Below are positions 25,835 through 37,891 of a stretch of DNA of 64,000 nt, in pieces. Every line of letters starts with the position of its first letter. The stretch's first letter is position 1. The position numbers and the translations under genes are program-made. Location of the stretch: NCBI GenBank assembly GCA_024679065.1, contig JAGIQG010000012.1, positions 47,492,001 through 47,556,000 on the forward strand, given 5' to 3'. Source of the DNA: Sphyrna mokarran (taxonomy: Eukaryota). The notes under the pieces were generated by a model. That model saw only the letters and a program-made list of their open reading frames with translations, was not told where the DNA came from and ran no database searches.

Positions 25835-26849
25835 CACACCATAACTTTTTCAATGCTGCCGAATACCACTTGCTAACACATGAGGAAGTAGTACAATGTT
25901 CTGTTAAGCAAGCTGATTGCAGATCCATACAATGCTTTATATCTCAAATTCGAGGCTAAATAAATGAAGAATCTTTTTAACAAGTAGAGCATGTCACGTT
26001 CTTTAACTAGCTTAAACAAAACTGATGAAGATCACACATTAGTATTGGAGGTAAATCTTTGTACTTAGTTTTCTGAATACCAACTGAGTTACTATGTAGG
26101 CCTACTCAGCGCAATCCTAATGTTGCCTCATCAATTAACTGACATTTCTTGCCAAGAAAGAGCTATTTACCACCAGCAAAAACATTTAATTTGAAACCTT
26201 TGAAAAAAATTTAAAAAAGATAACTTCTGTGAATCTCTTTCCCACTATTCTGGCACCTTGATGATATAACTGTTAGCTATGACAAGAGAAAGATAATCAT
26301 TATTTCCCTGATTCTAATGTTGAGGGTATTGATGAAGAACCCTTTTCCGATTTCTTCACTATAATGAATAGCATCAATTTTAGTCTGTATCAGAACATGC
26401 AATACTCCGCCCTCCAATAAGACGCAGATCTGATTATATTCCTCCCATCACTCTCGGGATATTTACTTTCAAAAGTGCCTCTCTTTCTGTCTTTGAATCT
26501 ACTTTCTTGAAAACTTGCATATATTCATTGCAGTGAATAATGAATTTCCTTATGTTTTCCTTGAATCATTTTATAATTTTTTTAAATTTTATAGAAACAG
26601 CCATTAGCTTTTAAATTATCCATTGCAAAAAAGGTCTGCCTAGCTTATGATTTGCTAGTAGAGTTTTCAGCATGGTTGCTCCAATATTGATTTTATCACC
26701 TACATTTTGAAAGTTCTTGAATCTTATTCATGAAAGGTTTCGGTTAATCCAAAACCAGGAATCTGCCATTTTATACATTTAAACAAAGTGCCATCATGTA
26801 GTCTCCCATGAAATCTACATTCAGGCCTTTAGTATAGCAGGACTTCCAG

Positions 26850-29800
26850 TAACAGGTTTCAATATTGGGAGAGACCACTGAGGTGTGGCCGTCCCTGCAG
26901 GGAGCAATGTCTTTGACAAGCTGAGGAGCAGAGCAGACACTGAGAGGTGAGAGAAAAAGCAGCAAGAATGAATCCATGGCTTGTGAGCGGCAGGAGCTTA
27001 GAGCAGATTGATGCCCTAAGATTGGCAAAGGAGTCAGGAAAAGAATCCAAAACTGAGTCAAACTGAATGGCAGCACCTGTGTCTGAGAAGCCTCATGAAT
27101 GAGAGAATAGAACTGGAGCCAGGCTGTAGAACAAGCATGGTGAGTGACTGTGTTGATTAGCCAAGGCCCCAAGTAAGCAAAAGATCTGGAGCACTGGCAG
27201 TGGATATTCTCTGTAGATAGTTTGCTCCTGAAGTTGTGCTTTCCCTTGGCAGTTTATACAGTTATGATACCGGTGGGCTTTTTTTCTTAAGCTTCATACC
27301 GTATAGATTATGAAACCACACAATTCCTCTTGGCATTATTGGCATGATTCCTCAAAACAAGCATTCAGTCGTGACAGACAAAACAGAACAGTGCCTGGTT
27401 GAGATAAAGCAGATGGGATAGGAACTTGAACTCTGCCTGCTCAGTTCGGGAGGCTGAAGTAGTTGAAGTTCCAGCAGAAGTGCAGGATGAAGCTGAGAGT
27501 TGAAGCAGTGACCAGAGAACTGCTTTCAGTGTGCCTTCCTTTAATTTAGCAGGGGATGCGTGACATATCCCATTATTGATACCATGTCACAGGGTGGGAA
27601 GCTGGATAGATTTGGGGGAAGACTGGAGATGTTCAATAACCTGGTGGTTGAGAATGGGTTGGATATAGCATCCAGTGGCATCAATGAAAGGGAGCCCACA
27701 GAATTTGTGATGGAACATCTGTACAGAAAAGCTTGGCAGGAAATACTGGAGAAAGGTGCAGATGCTCAAATAGGTTTGTGGCAGATTTTTGACCTCCAGG
27801 AATTTTTAGGGACAAAAGTAGTCTTTCAAAGCTGCAGCAGAAGTTTTATGATTAAAAGCAAACCAAAGAAGAAGATCTCATCTCTGTATCCCTGGATCTG
27901 GTGAAGTTGTTGACCACATTGCCTTCCTGGATCTTGCTTCAGATCAACCATGTATCTGCAGCTGAAAGATCGCCTTGCTGTTGCATTGAGGGATGAAGAT
28001 TTTCGGAGGAATTTAAGGAGACTCAACTTGAAAACCCCAACTGTCCTCTTTGACTATGTATATTTATTCTCTGGGGCATTTGCAGGATGGCAGGCTGTTA
28101 CTAGTAGGGCATTGCAAGAATGAGAATTAGCTTCACAATATGTATAAATAATTTGGATCTGAAGACTAATTGTAATATTTCCAAATTTGCAGATGACACC
28201 AAACTGTGTGGGAACGTAAATTGTGAGGAGAATGCAAGGAGGCTTCACAGGTACTTGGACAGGATAAGTGAATGGGCTAGAATATGGCAGATGGTACATA
28301 AATGAGTAAGTGTGAAGTTACTCACTTCGGTAGAAAAAAATAGGCAAAATATTTCTTTAATGGTGAGAGAGTGGAGGTATAGGGGTCAAAAAGGACTTGG
28401 GTGTTCTTGTTTATGAGACTCTAAAACTTAGTATGTAGATAGAGCAAAGATTTTTCTTGCAGTATATAGAACTTTGGTGAGACTACAGCTAGCAATTTTG
28501 GTTCCCCTATCTGAGGAGGGATATACTTACCATAAAGCGTGTGAAACACAGGTTGACTAGATTAGTCCCTTGGATGATGGGATTTTCTTATGAGGAGACT
28601 GGGTCTGTGTTCCCTAAAGTTTCCAAGAACAAGAGGTGGCTTGATTGAACGTGATTTTTTTTTAAACAGGGCATTAGAGGGTGGATGTATATGACATGTG
28701 TTCCCTAGGAAGAGAATGTAAAATGAGAGAACATAATCTTGGGTTAAGGGGTACACCATTTAAGACTGAGAAGAGGAGGAATGTCTTCTTCAGAGGATCA
28801 TGATTCTTTGGAATACTTCACCTCAGAGTACTGTGGAATTCAATCATTGAGCATATTCAAGACAAAAATTGATACAATTCTGAGATGAATAACAGCAAAC
28901 AAATGAAGATAACAAGGGAAAATGATGTTAATGATCAGCCATGATCTGATTGAATGGTGGAGCAGACTCAAAGGACTGGATGGCCCTCTTCTGTTCATTT
29001 GTTCCTATATTTTCATTGTATCATTCAGATCATAGGGGAAGACTAGATGTTTAAGACCAGGAAAAAGACCATGATCAGGGAGTTGATGGGGACGTAATCC
29101 TCGAGCTGAAGAAGCAATTCCCCTGTTACTGCACAGCAAGGATAAATCCAATCCTTGCTGCTGTTGATCTAGCGTAAGCCTCATGACAGGATATGTGCAG
29201 AGTATACTTTAAAAAGGTGCTGGAATTCCAACAGAGTTGGGCATTTCCAGTGAAACTGCCCTCAATATACACCATAAACATCAAGCATGACAACTCCATC
29301 TCCAAAACTCCATTCCTCATCCAACATCAGAAGATACAGACCTAGAAAAGTAAATGGAAATGCTGAGACCCTCAGCTGGATGACTGAATATAGAAGACAG
29401 CCTACTTTTGCCAGGTTAGAGAGGATTATGGTGGATGCCACACCTACACCTCAAGAAAAGACAGCATTCACACACCAATCCTGTGTAGAATCTGGAAATG
29501 GAATTGTCATAATTTCACCAAAGCAGGAAAGTGGTTGGCATTGGTCATCACACCCATAACATCAGATGTGAAACTGGAAGTCAGACAGGGGAATTGCTTG
29601 ATGTCAAAACTTGAGTGAATGATTTGAGGGCAAGGAGGCCATTTAACAGTTTGGTGGAACCTGAAACAGTAGCTGACAGTAGTTTAAGTGAAGAGGAATC
29701 TGACAGTGATGGAACATCGTGGAATGTATGTGTCAGGGATTCTGTGAGTGCATCTATGCAGTGGCTGACTCTGGTATTGGTGGGAAATGCCATGATGTCT

Positions 29801-30600
29801 GACAGGGAGCGCTGCTGATCACATGTTCCCCTGGAGACATGATCAATTTCAACTCCTATGTAGCTGATCCATCACAGAGTCTGGATAATTTTGGCAGTGT
29901 TTGATTAGAAGGACGGCTATCATAGTCATGTTGAGCAAGTGCTGGATGTCATCCCAACCCATACCATTTGTCCAGATTAGTGATGCACAAAGGGAATGCT
30001 CCCACCAACATGGATTAAATCTGCTAGCTGTTGTATTTCAATTGAACTGGCTGATTATGCAGTGGCTTAGTAAGCCACTGTGTGATATGTCTCATTGCTG
30101 AGATAGCAAGGTACAAATGGGGAAGTATTTTTAGGGATCTCTACACCAGGTGGCGATATTGGAGAAAGAACACTGAGGAGGGGAACTGGTTGGCCCATGT
30201 GCATTTCTCTCTGTAGGGAGCAGTGTCTTTCACAAGCTGAGGCCCAGTGCCAAATTCTATGAGATAGGAAGAAAACAACAAGGATTAATTCAGGGTATGT
30301 GACACCTCATATTGGCTATTGAGACTAGGAAGGATCTGGAAACCTAGCCAAACTACCTTGCAACACTCTGGGGTTTGAAAAAGCATGAGAGACTGCAGTG
30401 AGGAGGTGGACAGCAGAATAAGTCTGAATAAACCGGGGAGTTGGCTGCATTGGGGAGTAAATGTCCTGTCTAAATAGGACAAAGATCTAGTGCAGTGATA
30501 TTCTAAGTTTGTTTCTTGGATTTGCATTTTCCCTTGAGAGTTTATACAGTTGCGACACTAGTGGAGTAAGAGAATATTGACTTTTTTAACCTTTGTTACT
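26850..30600 (+). mobile_element. Old, internally deleted Gypsy-like LTR retrotransposon with two degenerate LTRs
   Basis: Direct repeats: 26855-26930 resembles 30146-30242 (atattgg..aga.cactgagg...agggagca.tgtcttt.acaagctgagg), and 27175-27276 resembles 30478-30564 (aaagatct...gatattct...tttcccttg..agtttatacagtt). Internal YRPRKVNGNAETLS (about 29335) resembles the RNase H-end motif YRPGxxNxxADALSR. Confidence 0.65.
28052..29010 (+). mobile_element. CR1 LINE 3' fragment nested in the LTR element
   Basis: ORF 28120 FTICINNLD...ISKFADDTKLCG...LDRISEWARIWQM is CR1 RT. 3' end reads gatcagccatgatctgattgaatggtggagcagactc...gttcctat. Confidence 0.9.
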
Positions 30601-31477
30601 GTTTGGATGCTTAATTCCTATGTTGCCCTAGCATCTTGAGCCATTCTGTTTGTGCTATAATTAGTGACTGATCACTGACTCATTCCATGAACCCTGTTGT
30701 TCTTTGCCATTGACTTTTTCTCCTAGTCATATCATGCAATCTCCACTCGTTATCCAAGTAGATCTGACTGTCATGTGCATTAATCAATTTCAATTAGATC
30801 ATTCCTTTAAGTATACACAAACTCCACCTCTCTGGAACTTCAATAGTGATTCATTAAACCTTGATAGGATCCTTTCATACATGGTCACAAGCTATTCATC
30901 CTTGTTAGCTTGAGGTCTGAACTATTCTGTAAGACCAACTACAGCTTGCTAATTTTAGCAAAATGGGATACTACACATGTCATGATGCACAACTACTGCA
31001 ATCAGTAAGAAGACAAAAGGTTATCAGGAGATAGGCAGGGATGGGAAGTTGAGATTCAAACTAATTCAGCCACAATCTTTTAAACTGGGGATCAGGTTTG
31101 TGGGGCCAAACGGCCTACTTCTGCTTTCATTTCCTATGTTCATCTAAGCAAATGAGATCAATAATAAAACACCAATAATTTGTGGCTGTGCATGGGGCAG
31201 GCACTGCAATGGGATAATGACCAAATTCAGGCATGATCCAATTTCATGCATGCAAGATTCCAAGATAACTTTGGATGATAAAATCTTTGCAAATTGATTT
31301 CATATTTCTGGAGCAGCAACTGCTTGTTTCTAATTATTTGTTCTCAGGATGGGTGTGACTCTTGCAAAGTTACATTTATTGGCTCTCACTAATTGCTCAA
31401 AGAATAGTGAAGTTTTCTTTTCAAATTTTACAGTTTTTGTTCTGAAAGTATTTTCACAATTGTGTTAATGGAAAGAG

Positions 31478-31715
31478 CTTGTATTTAAATTGTATTTTTT
31501 GTGACCGCAGGACTAATAAATTGTTTGAAATTGAAGCATAGTATGAAGTGTAATAATAATTGTTGGAACGGAGTAAGATATTGTGCAAAGTAAACCCCCA
31601 CAAATGGCAGTGATGATGAACATCCTATGACCTGTCAGCTTAGATTGTGACAAAGTTTTTGATTTTGGTTTTAACTGACAACTTCTGAATTAAAAGTAAG
31701 AGTGCTACCTTTGCA
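31478..31715 (-). mobile_element. Decayed SINE with L2-type tail (SacSINE/Deu-like), inserted in a LINE fragment
   Basis: cttgtatttaaat...gtgaccgcaggac...gaagtgta...aaacccccacaaatggcagtgatgatga..., ending gagtgctacc (tRNA head on the minus strand). Confidence 0.45.
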
Positions 31716-33360
31716 TCAAGTTTCATACTTGAGGGTAGGGAATGCTAGGATTTTGACCAGTGTCAATAAAGGTATGTGGCTTTTTGGGAATATTATTGTG
31801 ATACTGTTCCAAATATGGCTGCATTTCAAGTAAATCCCATGTCCTGGCCTCAACAACTATCTCCAGTGATCATCTGAATTAAGAAATACTTTTTGGATTC
31901 TGTTATAATCTGGCCTTTCAAAACCTTGTTTGTACACTTATCCTACTGCTTTAGTATAGATGAAACATATTGGGAAGGATTTAATATGGTGGCAAAGGAA
32001 ACCCATAACCTGGTTGCACCCCTGCTGACCTGACCTCTTGAACCATATTTATCCAAGCTCCACATTCTCCTGAGGCCATTTAATGACTGCACTATCGTGT
32101 TCCTCCCCAGAGAGCTATTGCCAACGAGAGACAGAAAGTGCTGACACCACCACAAAGTGGTAAACTTCTAGTAATGCAGTGGGACTCATCCAGAGGATCA
32201 TCCAAAGACAGGTGTATGAGGAGAGATGGAGTTCTCAGGGAGCAGAATGGCAACTGGGGTCAAGAGCAAGAGTGGATGGGTGTCCATAACAAAGTCTGAG
32301 TGTGGTTTTTGTGGGCTGATGGTGGATCCCTTAAATGGGCATGCAGTGCTTGAGAATTCTTCTACAAAGCCTTCAGCCAAAGCAAACAGGAGTTGTTGGA
32401 TGAAGTGTCCCCCTTCCTGCCAATGGTTGAATAGCAGTGAAATGAGACCCTGATGTAACCTATTCGGAGCTTCAATTGGCCTCTAGGCACAGTGGCCACC
32501 TACAATCCTTTCAACTCTGGACTTAATAGGAGAAAGGTGGCTGCACTTCCATACTGTACCCCCTGCAGTCCCGGCCCCCCCTAAATCACACAACCCCTTA
32601 AATACCCACCATTGTTTCTTACCTTTTCTAATGTGTTTTTGGGGCTGAACAGCCCTACCTTGGCTAAATAATTGTTAGATTTGATCCTCCTTACATCAAC
32701 GGTCAGGCCTGTTGCTCACCTCTATTCTTGCTTCTGTAGTTTAGATGATTTTCTTATAATACTGTGGCCACAGTTCAGTTGAATTTCAGTGTAATCACGA
32801 AGATTTCAATTCAGCAAATTTGGCAATATAGCTCATCATTTTTGTACTCTTGGTTGCCATCTCATATTTAAAAGTTTTCAAGTTCAGTGATAATATCTTG
32901 CATTTTTATTCAATCTGAACTTGATTTGCTATATCAAAGCAAATACAAACCTTGCAACTTTCCCTATCTTATCTTTTGACCTGATGACAAGGATTTGATA
33001 ATAATTCCAGCTTTTTTTGGCGAAAAAATGACCACATGGGGAATACTTTACAGAGGGACATAGCTAGGCAATGACACATCTTAATGAATGGAAATGAAGT
33101 GCAGGCATTACTTTTTTCCCATGTTATGTGAATCATAATTTAGAAACTTCTAATTGTTATGCCTAGAGGTGAGTAATCTTCCTCATCTTATAGTTTTGTC
33201 ATGCTTGCCTTTCCAAAATAATTTATAATTATTATAGTGCTATGGTAAAGTGTATCATTCTGATGGCAATATATATACTTATTCTTTCTTGCTTGCTTTT
33301 TGATGGTCAAAGGCCTGCTGTCATATCTTTTATTTGTTACTGCATCTTTCTCTCCCTTTA

Positions 33361-33456
33361 GCAGCATGTTTGCACTAAATTATTTCTGATGTTTGCTAAC
33401 ATGCCACTAATGCTTACTAACCTTTTACATATTTTGCTTTTATTTTGCTGGCAAAG
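33361..33456 (+). promoter_or_regulatory. Splicing-regulatory region upstream of the SS6 microexon
   Basis: No AG dinucleotide from 33365 to 33454. ACTAA/CTAAC motifs at 33374, 33396, 33406 and 33415 (TACTAAC). TGC about 10 nt before the 3' splice site. GCATG at 33364. Confidence 0.7.
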
Positions 33457-33483
33457 TTGCATTGATGAAAGCTGACTTGCAAG
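33457..33483 (+). CDS. NRXN1: 27-nt alternative microexon, neurexin splice site 6 (VALMKADLQ), between LNS5 and EGF-C
   Basis: ttttgctggcaaAG|TT GCA TTG ATG AAA GCT GAC TTG CAA G|GTAGAT. Phase 1/1 and frame-preserving. With the upstream G it gives VALMKADLQ, the peptide recalled for mammalian Nrxn1 SS6. TACTAAC branch point at 33415-33421. Confidence 0.9.
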
Positions 33484-33890
33484 GTAGATAGTTGTGTGTT
33501 TGTACAAAACAAGACTGAAATCTATGTCTGTGCAATACTTATACAAACAGCACATATCTGCTTTGGAACTCGATTGCATTCATGTCAAAATTTCAGAATC
33601 AGATCAATATTTTTAAGAAGTATTGCCTATATGGGACTTTCAGTCTTGAATGTTTCTATATCAGTTATTTTAGTATATCGAGTACATTTGTTTTGCATTC
33701 TTCTTTGGATTCTGGTTTCCACTAGTAACTGTTTTAGAAATGTAAAGTTATTTTATTCATTCTGACATCCAACCTAACCATGTCCCTTTCTATGTCCAAT
33801 TATCAGTTGACAGAATGCATGCAAAACTTATTAATATAAGACTAATGATGTGCTTAGGCCAAAATGCATGTTTTGTCTGTTCTAACTTAG

Positions 33891-34010
33891 GGCCAAGTAC
33901 AACCTGCCAAGAGGATTCTTGTGGAAACCAAGGTGTCTGTCTACAGCAGTGGGATGGCTTCAGTTGTGATTGCAGTATGACTTCCTATACTGGAACCTTG
34001 TGTAATGACC
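33891..34010 (+). CDS. NRXN1: Neurexin-1-alpha internal exon (120 nt), EGF-like domain C
   Basis: Acceptor ttttgtctgttctaacttAG ends at 33890; donor C|GTAAGT at 34011. Reads (G)[39 protein letters not shown](P), with six EGF cysteines. Confidence 0.97.
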
Positions 34011-35149
34011 GTAAGTACACAAATGGGTATTTGGGATATATCATGCTGTTGTGGTTCCAAAATTATTGCATTGTTTTGAACTTTTGACAAATTATAATGC
34101 AGCCTGAAGTTGAAAGATTTGTGCAATAATCCAATGAGTGTGGGATCATTTAATAAAGAGGTTGATTATGATGGGCAAAATAAATGCTGAAACTAATATA
34201 AGGTGCTGCTAATCTAATTGTCTCAGGTGCAATGAGTGGTGTTTGATAAAAAATGTTGCTGAATATGATTGTCCAAAAGTAAAACATGTACAAATATGGC
34301 AGTGTTCTGTAAAGTTCTTAATGGTTGCTCTTTGTTTGAGAGTATTTGATGTTGTCTAATAGTGTCTTTCTGTGGCATTATTTTGTGAAATTAGCTAAAT
34401 GAGAAGCAGTGGTGAATTGAAGAAGTCTAGTTAGTGAAGGTAGATTGTGTGAAGTGCACTGATACATTGAATAACGTGTAGGAAATATATAGCTTACCAG
34501 GGAAACTCCTATCACATTGCTAACTGATCTTTGTCTCAGTTTGTTTGTTTCTTATCCTGATGGCAGCCAATCACCTGACTCTGCTGCTCTTTTCCAACAC
34601 TCAAGGGATGATTCTAACCCTGACTGCTACACAGATAGGAAGTTAAAATCATTAGTGGATTTCCCATTATCAGCTCTCTTTGACACACGTGAGATCATTA
34701 CCTGTAAGCCTAGTCCTCCTTTACATTTGCAGAATGGGCTCCAATGATGATATTATTCAGTTGTGGGCCTGAACAGGGACGCTCTTGTGGCTTTCTTCTG
34801 CAAGATCAGAATTCAGAGCCAGAAGAGGTCCAAAAAGAGAAGCCCACATTTTTCACTTTCTTATAGGATCATGAATACCAAGAAATGCTCCCCCCCACCC
34901 CCCCAAGCCTCTCAAAGAAGATCTAGGCCTCACCTTCCCAGGACTTCCTCAGATGATCAACCCACTGGCATGTTGGGAATTATTCCTTTGGTTATTGGCT
35001 GCCAGCCTCTGTCATTGCTCACTCACCTGCCAGCCACTGATTACTGGTTACAGGTGGAAAATTCACTGGGAGTGGAATTTAATGCCCTCCCCTTAGGTAT
35101 GTTTGGAGGCAGTGGAGTATTTAGTCAGGCAGGAGGATGCAGGTAGCAT

Positions 35150-35520
35150 TGATCATAGTAGTATTATCACTGGACTGGTAATTCAGAGATTCAGTATAAC
35201 AATCTGGGGACATGGTTCAATTCCTATCATGGCAGCTAATGGAACTTGAATTCAATTCGTAAAATCAGAATTGAAATCTAGTCTCAGTAATGGTGATCTT
35301 GGAATCGTTGGTGGTTGTCATAAAAACCTACCTGATTCACTAATGCCCCAATAGACAATGAAATTTAACATCTACCTATGTGTGACTCTAGACCCACAGC
35401 AAATTGGTTGACTTTTATCTGCTCTCTAAAACACCTTAGTGAGCCGTTCAGTTCAAGAACAATCAGTGTAGGTATCAAATGTTGGCTTCGCCCTGATGTC
35501 CGATTTAAAGAATAAATAAA
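35150..35520 (+). mobile_element. Shark tRNA-type SINE with LINE-derived tail
   Basis: tcactggactggtaattcagag...ggggacatggttcaattcc head, gtgactctagacccacagcaa body, aaatgttggcttcgcc...aagaataaataaa tail. Confidence 0.7.
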
Positions 35521-36814
35521 ATATGGTGACCCTGTCACCTTCCATTTTCTGCCCGGATTAAGTCCTTGGTTGAAAGACGTATTAATGCTTCCTACCCCAG
35601 TGCCAATTGAAATCTTTAAGTGAGCAATTAATGTCTATTTAAGGGCTTCATCCCACTGTGACTGGTATTCACTCACTGACAGAGTGAGACGGTTACCATG
35701 CAAGAGGCCTGAAAAGGAAACCTTGAGTTTGGTTGCGGCTCCCAGGGGATCCCCTGAGTACCTTTGAATGAGGGGCCTGGTATTCATAAGAAGGGGCCGC
35801 TGAGAGCTATCTTCTGCCCTTTCTTCCAAATCTTCTTGCCCCCACTAGCCAGTGATGCACTTTTTGCAATCTTCAGTTAACTGTAGCCTAGATCCTGCAT
35901 TGCCAGCAGTTACCATCTGGTGACACTATTGAGCAATGAGGAACTGCAAGCCTCTGTTTAACTAACAAGTCCCAAAGCACAAGACGTGGACTTCAGGAAC
36001 CTCCCAACCCTGATATCCTGGACCTTAGGGAAAGTTTGCTACTGGCCACTTCAGTTCTTGTCTGGCATTTAATATGGTAGGCCTTATCCAAAGAAGATGT
36101 CACACGTATATGTTAAGTCTCCAATGGTGTAATTAAATTGCAGATTTAACTCAGGATTTGTGACACATTAAATTTTTCTTTTACCATCATATTTCATGAT
36201 GTTAAATAAATATAATTTTGAGCAAGTTACTGAAATGTTAATGTTTGTTGCATAATTATAAAAATTGCATGATCAGAAGATGTCAGAAAGTGTGACATTG
36301 ACCGGTTAGCTTCTCAAAGTAAAATGCATTGTTTCACAACTCCCGGGAGAATGCACCCCATTCTGTCTAATACAGGAAACACATTAATACACTACAGATA
36401 CGTAGAACAAAGTACAAATAATAGGCTTTTGGCTTCTTATGAGAGATAGTGAGTGTGATGCAAGCATTTTAATTAATGAGGTGGGTAAATATTATTGATG
36501 GTAATTTCTTTCAACTACATTTCTTTGAAAAAAATAGGAAAATAATAGACGATTTGAAAATTGTTAGGTAACAACAATTAAGAAACTTTTTGTTTAAACA
36601 GGTTTATTACTTTCTGAAATAAGTTACTCCAAATGAGAGCCGAACTTTACTAAATTTCCCAACTTACTAAAAGGATGCTTGGCAGAATCTGCTGCCATGA
36701 AACAGGATGAAATTTTGATTCTGTGTCATTGAAGAGGCTCAAGTTTAGACCAAACAACTCTCAAAAAGAGGAAATAATACCTTTGACCTTTACAATATTA
36801 TGTTTGGCATTCAT

Positions 36815-37005
36815 TGGGCAGGATTTTCCATGCTTCGGAGTGGCAGAGGTAACCTACCACTGCCAACAGCGGGATCTTCTGATCCTGCTGCTGTCAACAG
36901 AGTTTCCCATTCGACACATCTCCCTCACTGTCAAGAAACCTGTGGCAGGGGTTTGCCACCAGCAGGATCGGAAAATCCCGCGAACGAGAATGGCCAGAAA
37001 ATACG
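36815..37005. mobile_element. Short MITE
   Basis: gggcaggattttcc ... ggaaaatcccgc and ccagaaaat form inverted ends; GC-rich island in AT-rich intron. Confidence 0.55.
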
Positions 37006-37872
37006 TATTTGTGAAAGAATGATGTGTGGTTCGATATTTATTTTTAAAAAGTGGCCCTGATGATGGCAAATATGGGTTTGATTAGCAGGGCCTGGAGTTT
37101 TAACTGGATGGGGATTTTCTGGATGGGGTTTCCAACTGGAAGTAAGTCTGGGCTAGCTGAGTTCCAGTCAGGTAGGAATCACTCCAGAGCAGGCTGCAGC
37201 CACCTGTAAAGTGAATGCTGTTTCAGTAAGCTCATTGGTTCGGCTTTTATTGGGATTAATTTACTTCTAGTAACAAACTTGGGGAGAGGAAATAAAAAAC
37301 TCTTCCTAACAGTTATTTAGTTAACAGTTTTTAAATCTTTGATTATTACCCTAATTTAATCCAGCAAATTTAAAGGGGTGAGGTATTATCATCTACTCTA
37401 TTTATTCATTTAATTTATTAAAATATTGAGAATGTGCGTAGGCAGGATCCAATCCTGAAGCGGGTTGGGTTGTGGGGGAGGGGAGAATTTGTATTATGTG
37501 TTCAGTATCATGTGATTGCTTTTGAGTCACATTTATTGTTGAGCTTTTGAATTCCTTAAGATTAATAACCAGTAATTAGATGAATTGTCTAAGTCTATGA
37601 ATGCCATGTCTAAGTTTCAAAATAAAAATTGCTTTCCTCCTTGTTCAAACATGTATGTGTGTTTGTCGTATGTATACACTATATCATGTATTATTCAGTA
37701 ACAAGAAATGGAAAGCAATTGTGAATAACTTATGCCATCTGAACATGAGGTGAAGCTCAGTGCCAAAAGCTATCGCAAAGTATAAACGTCATCACGTGCT
37801 AACTGTCCTTGACTTATTCCTTCATGTGCTGTAGAATTTGAGAACTCAGTGTTAACACTGAGATATTAACAA

Positions 37873-37891
37873 TGACCAGCAGATGGCATTG
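37873..37891 (+). promoter_or_regulatory. Candidate CTCF site (also contains a CAGATG E-box)
   Basis: TGACCAGCAGATGGCATTG fits CCASYAGRKGGCR. Confidence 0.4.
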
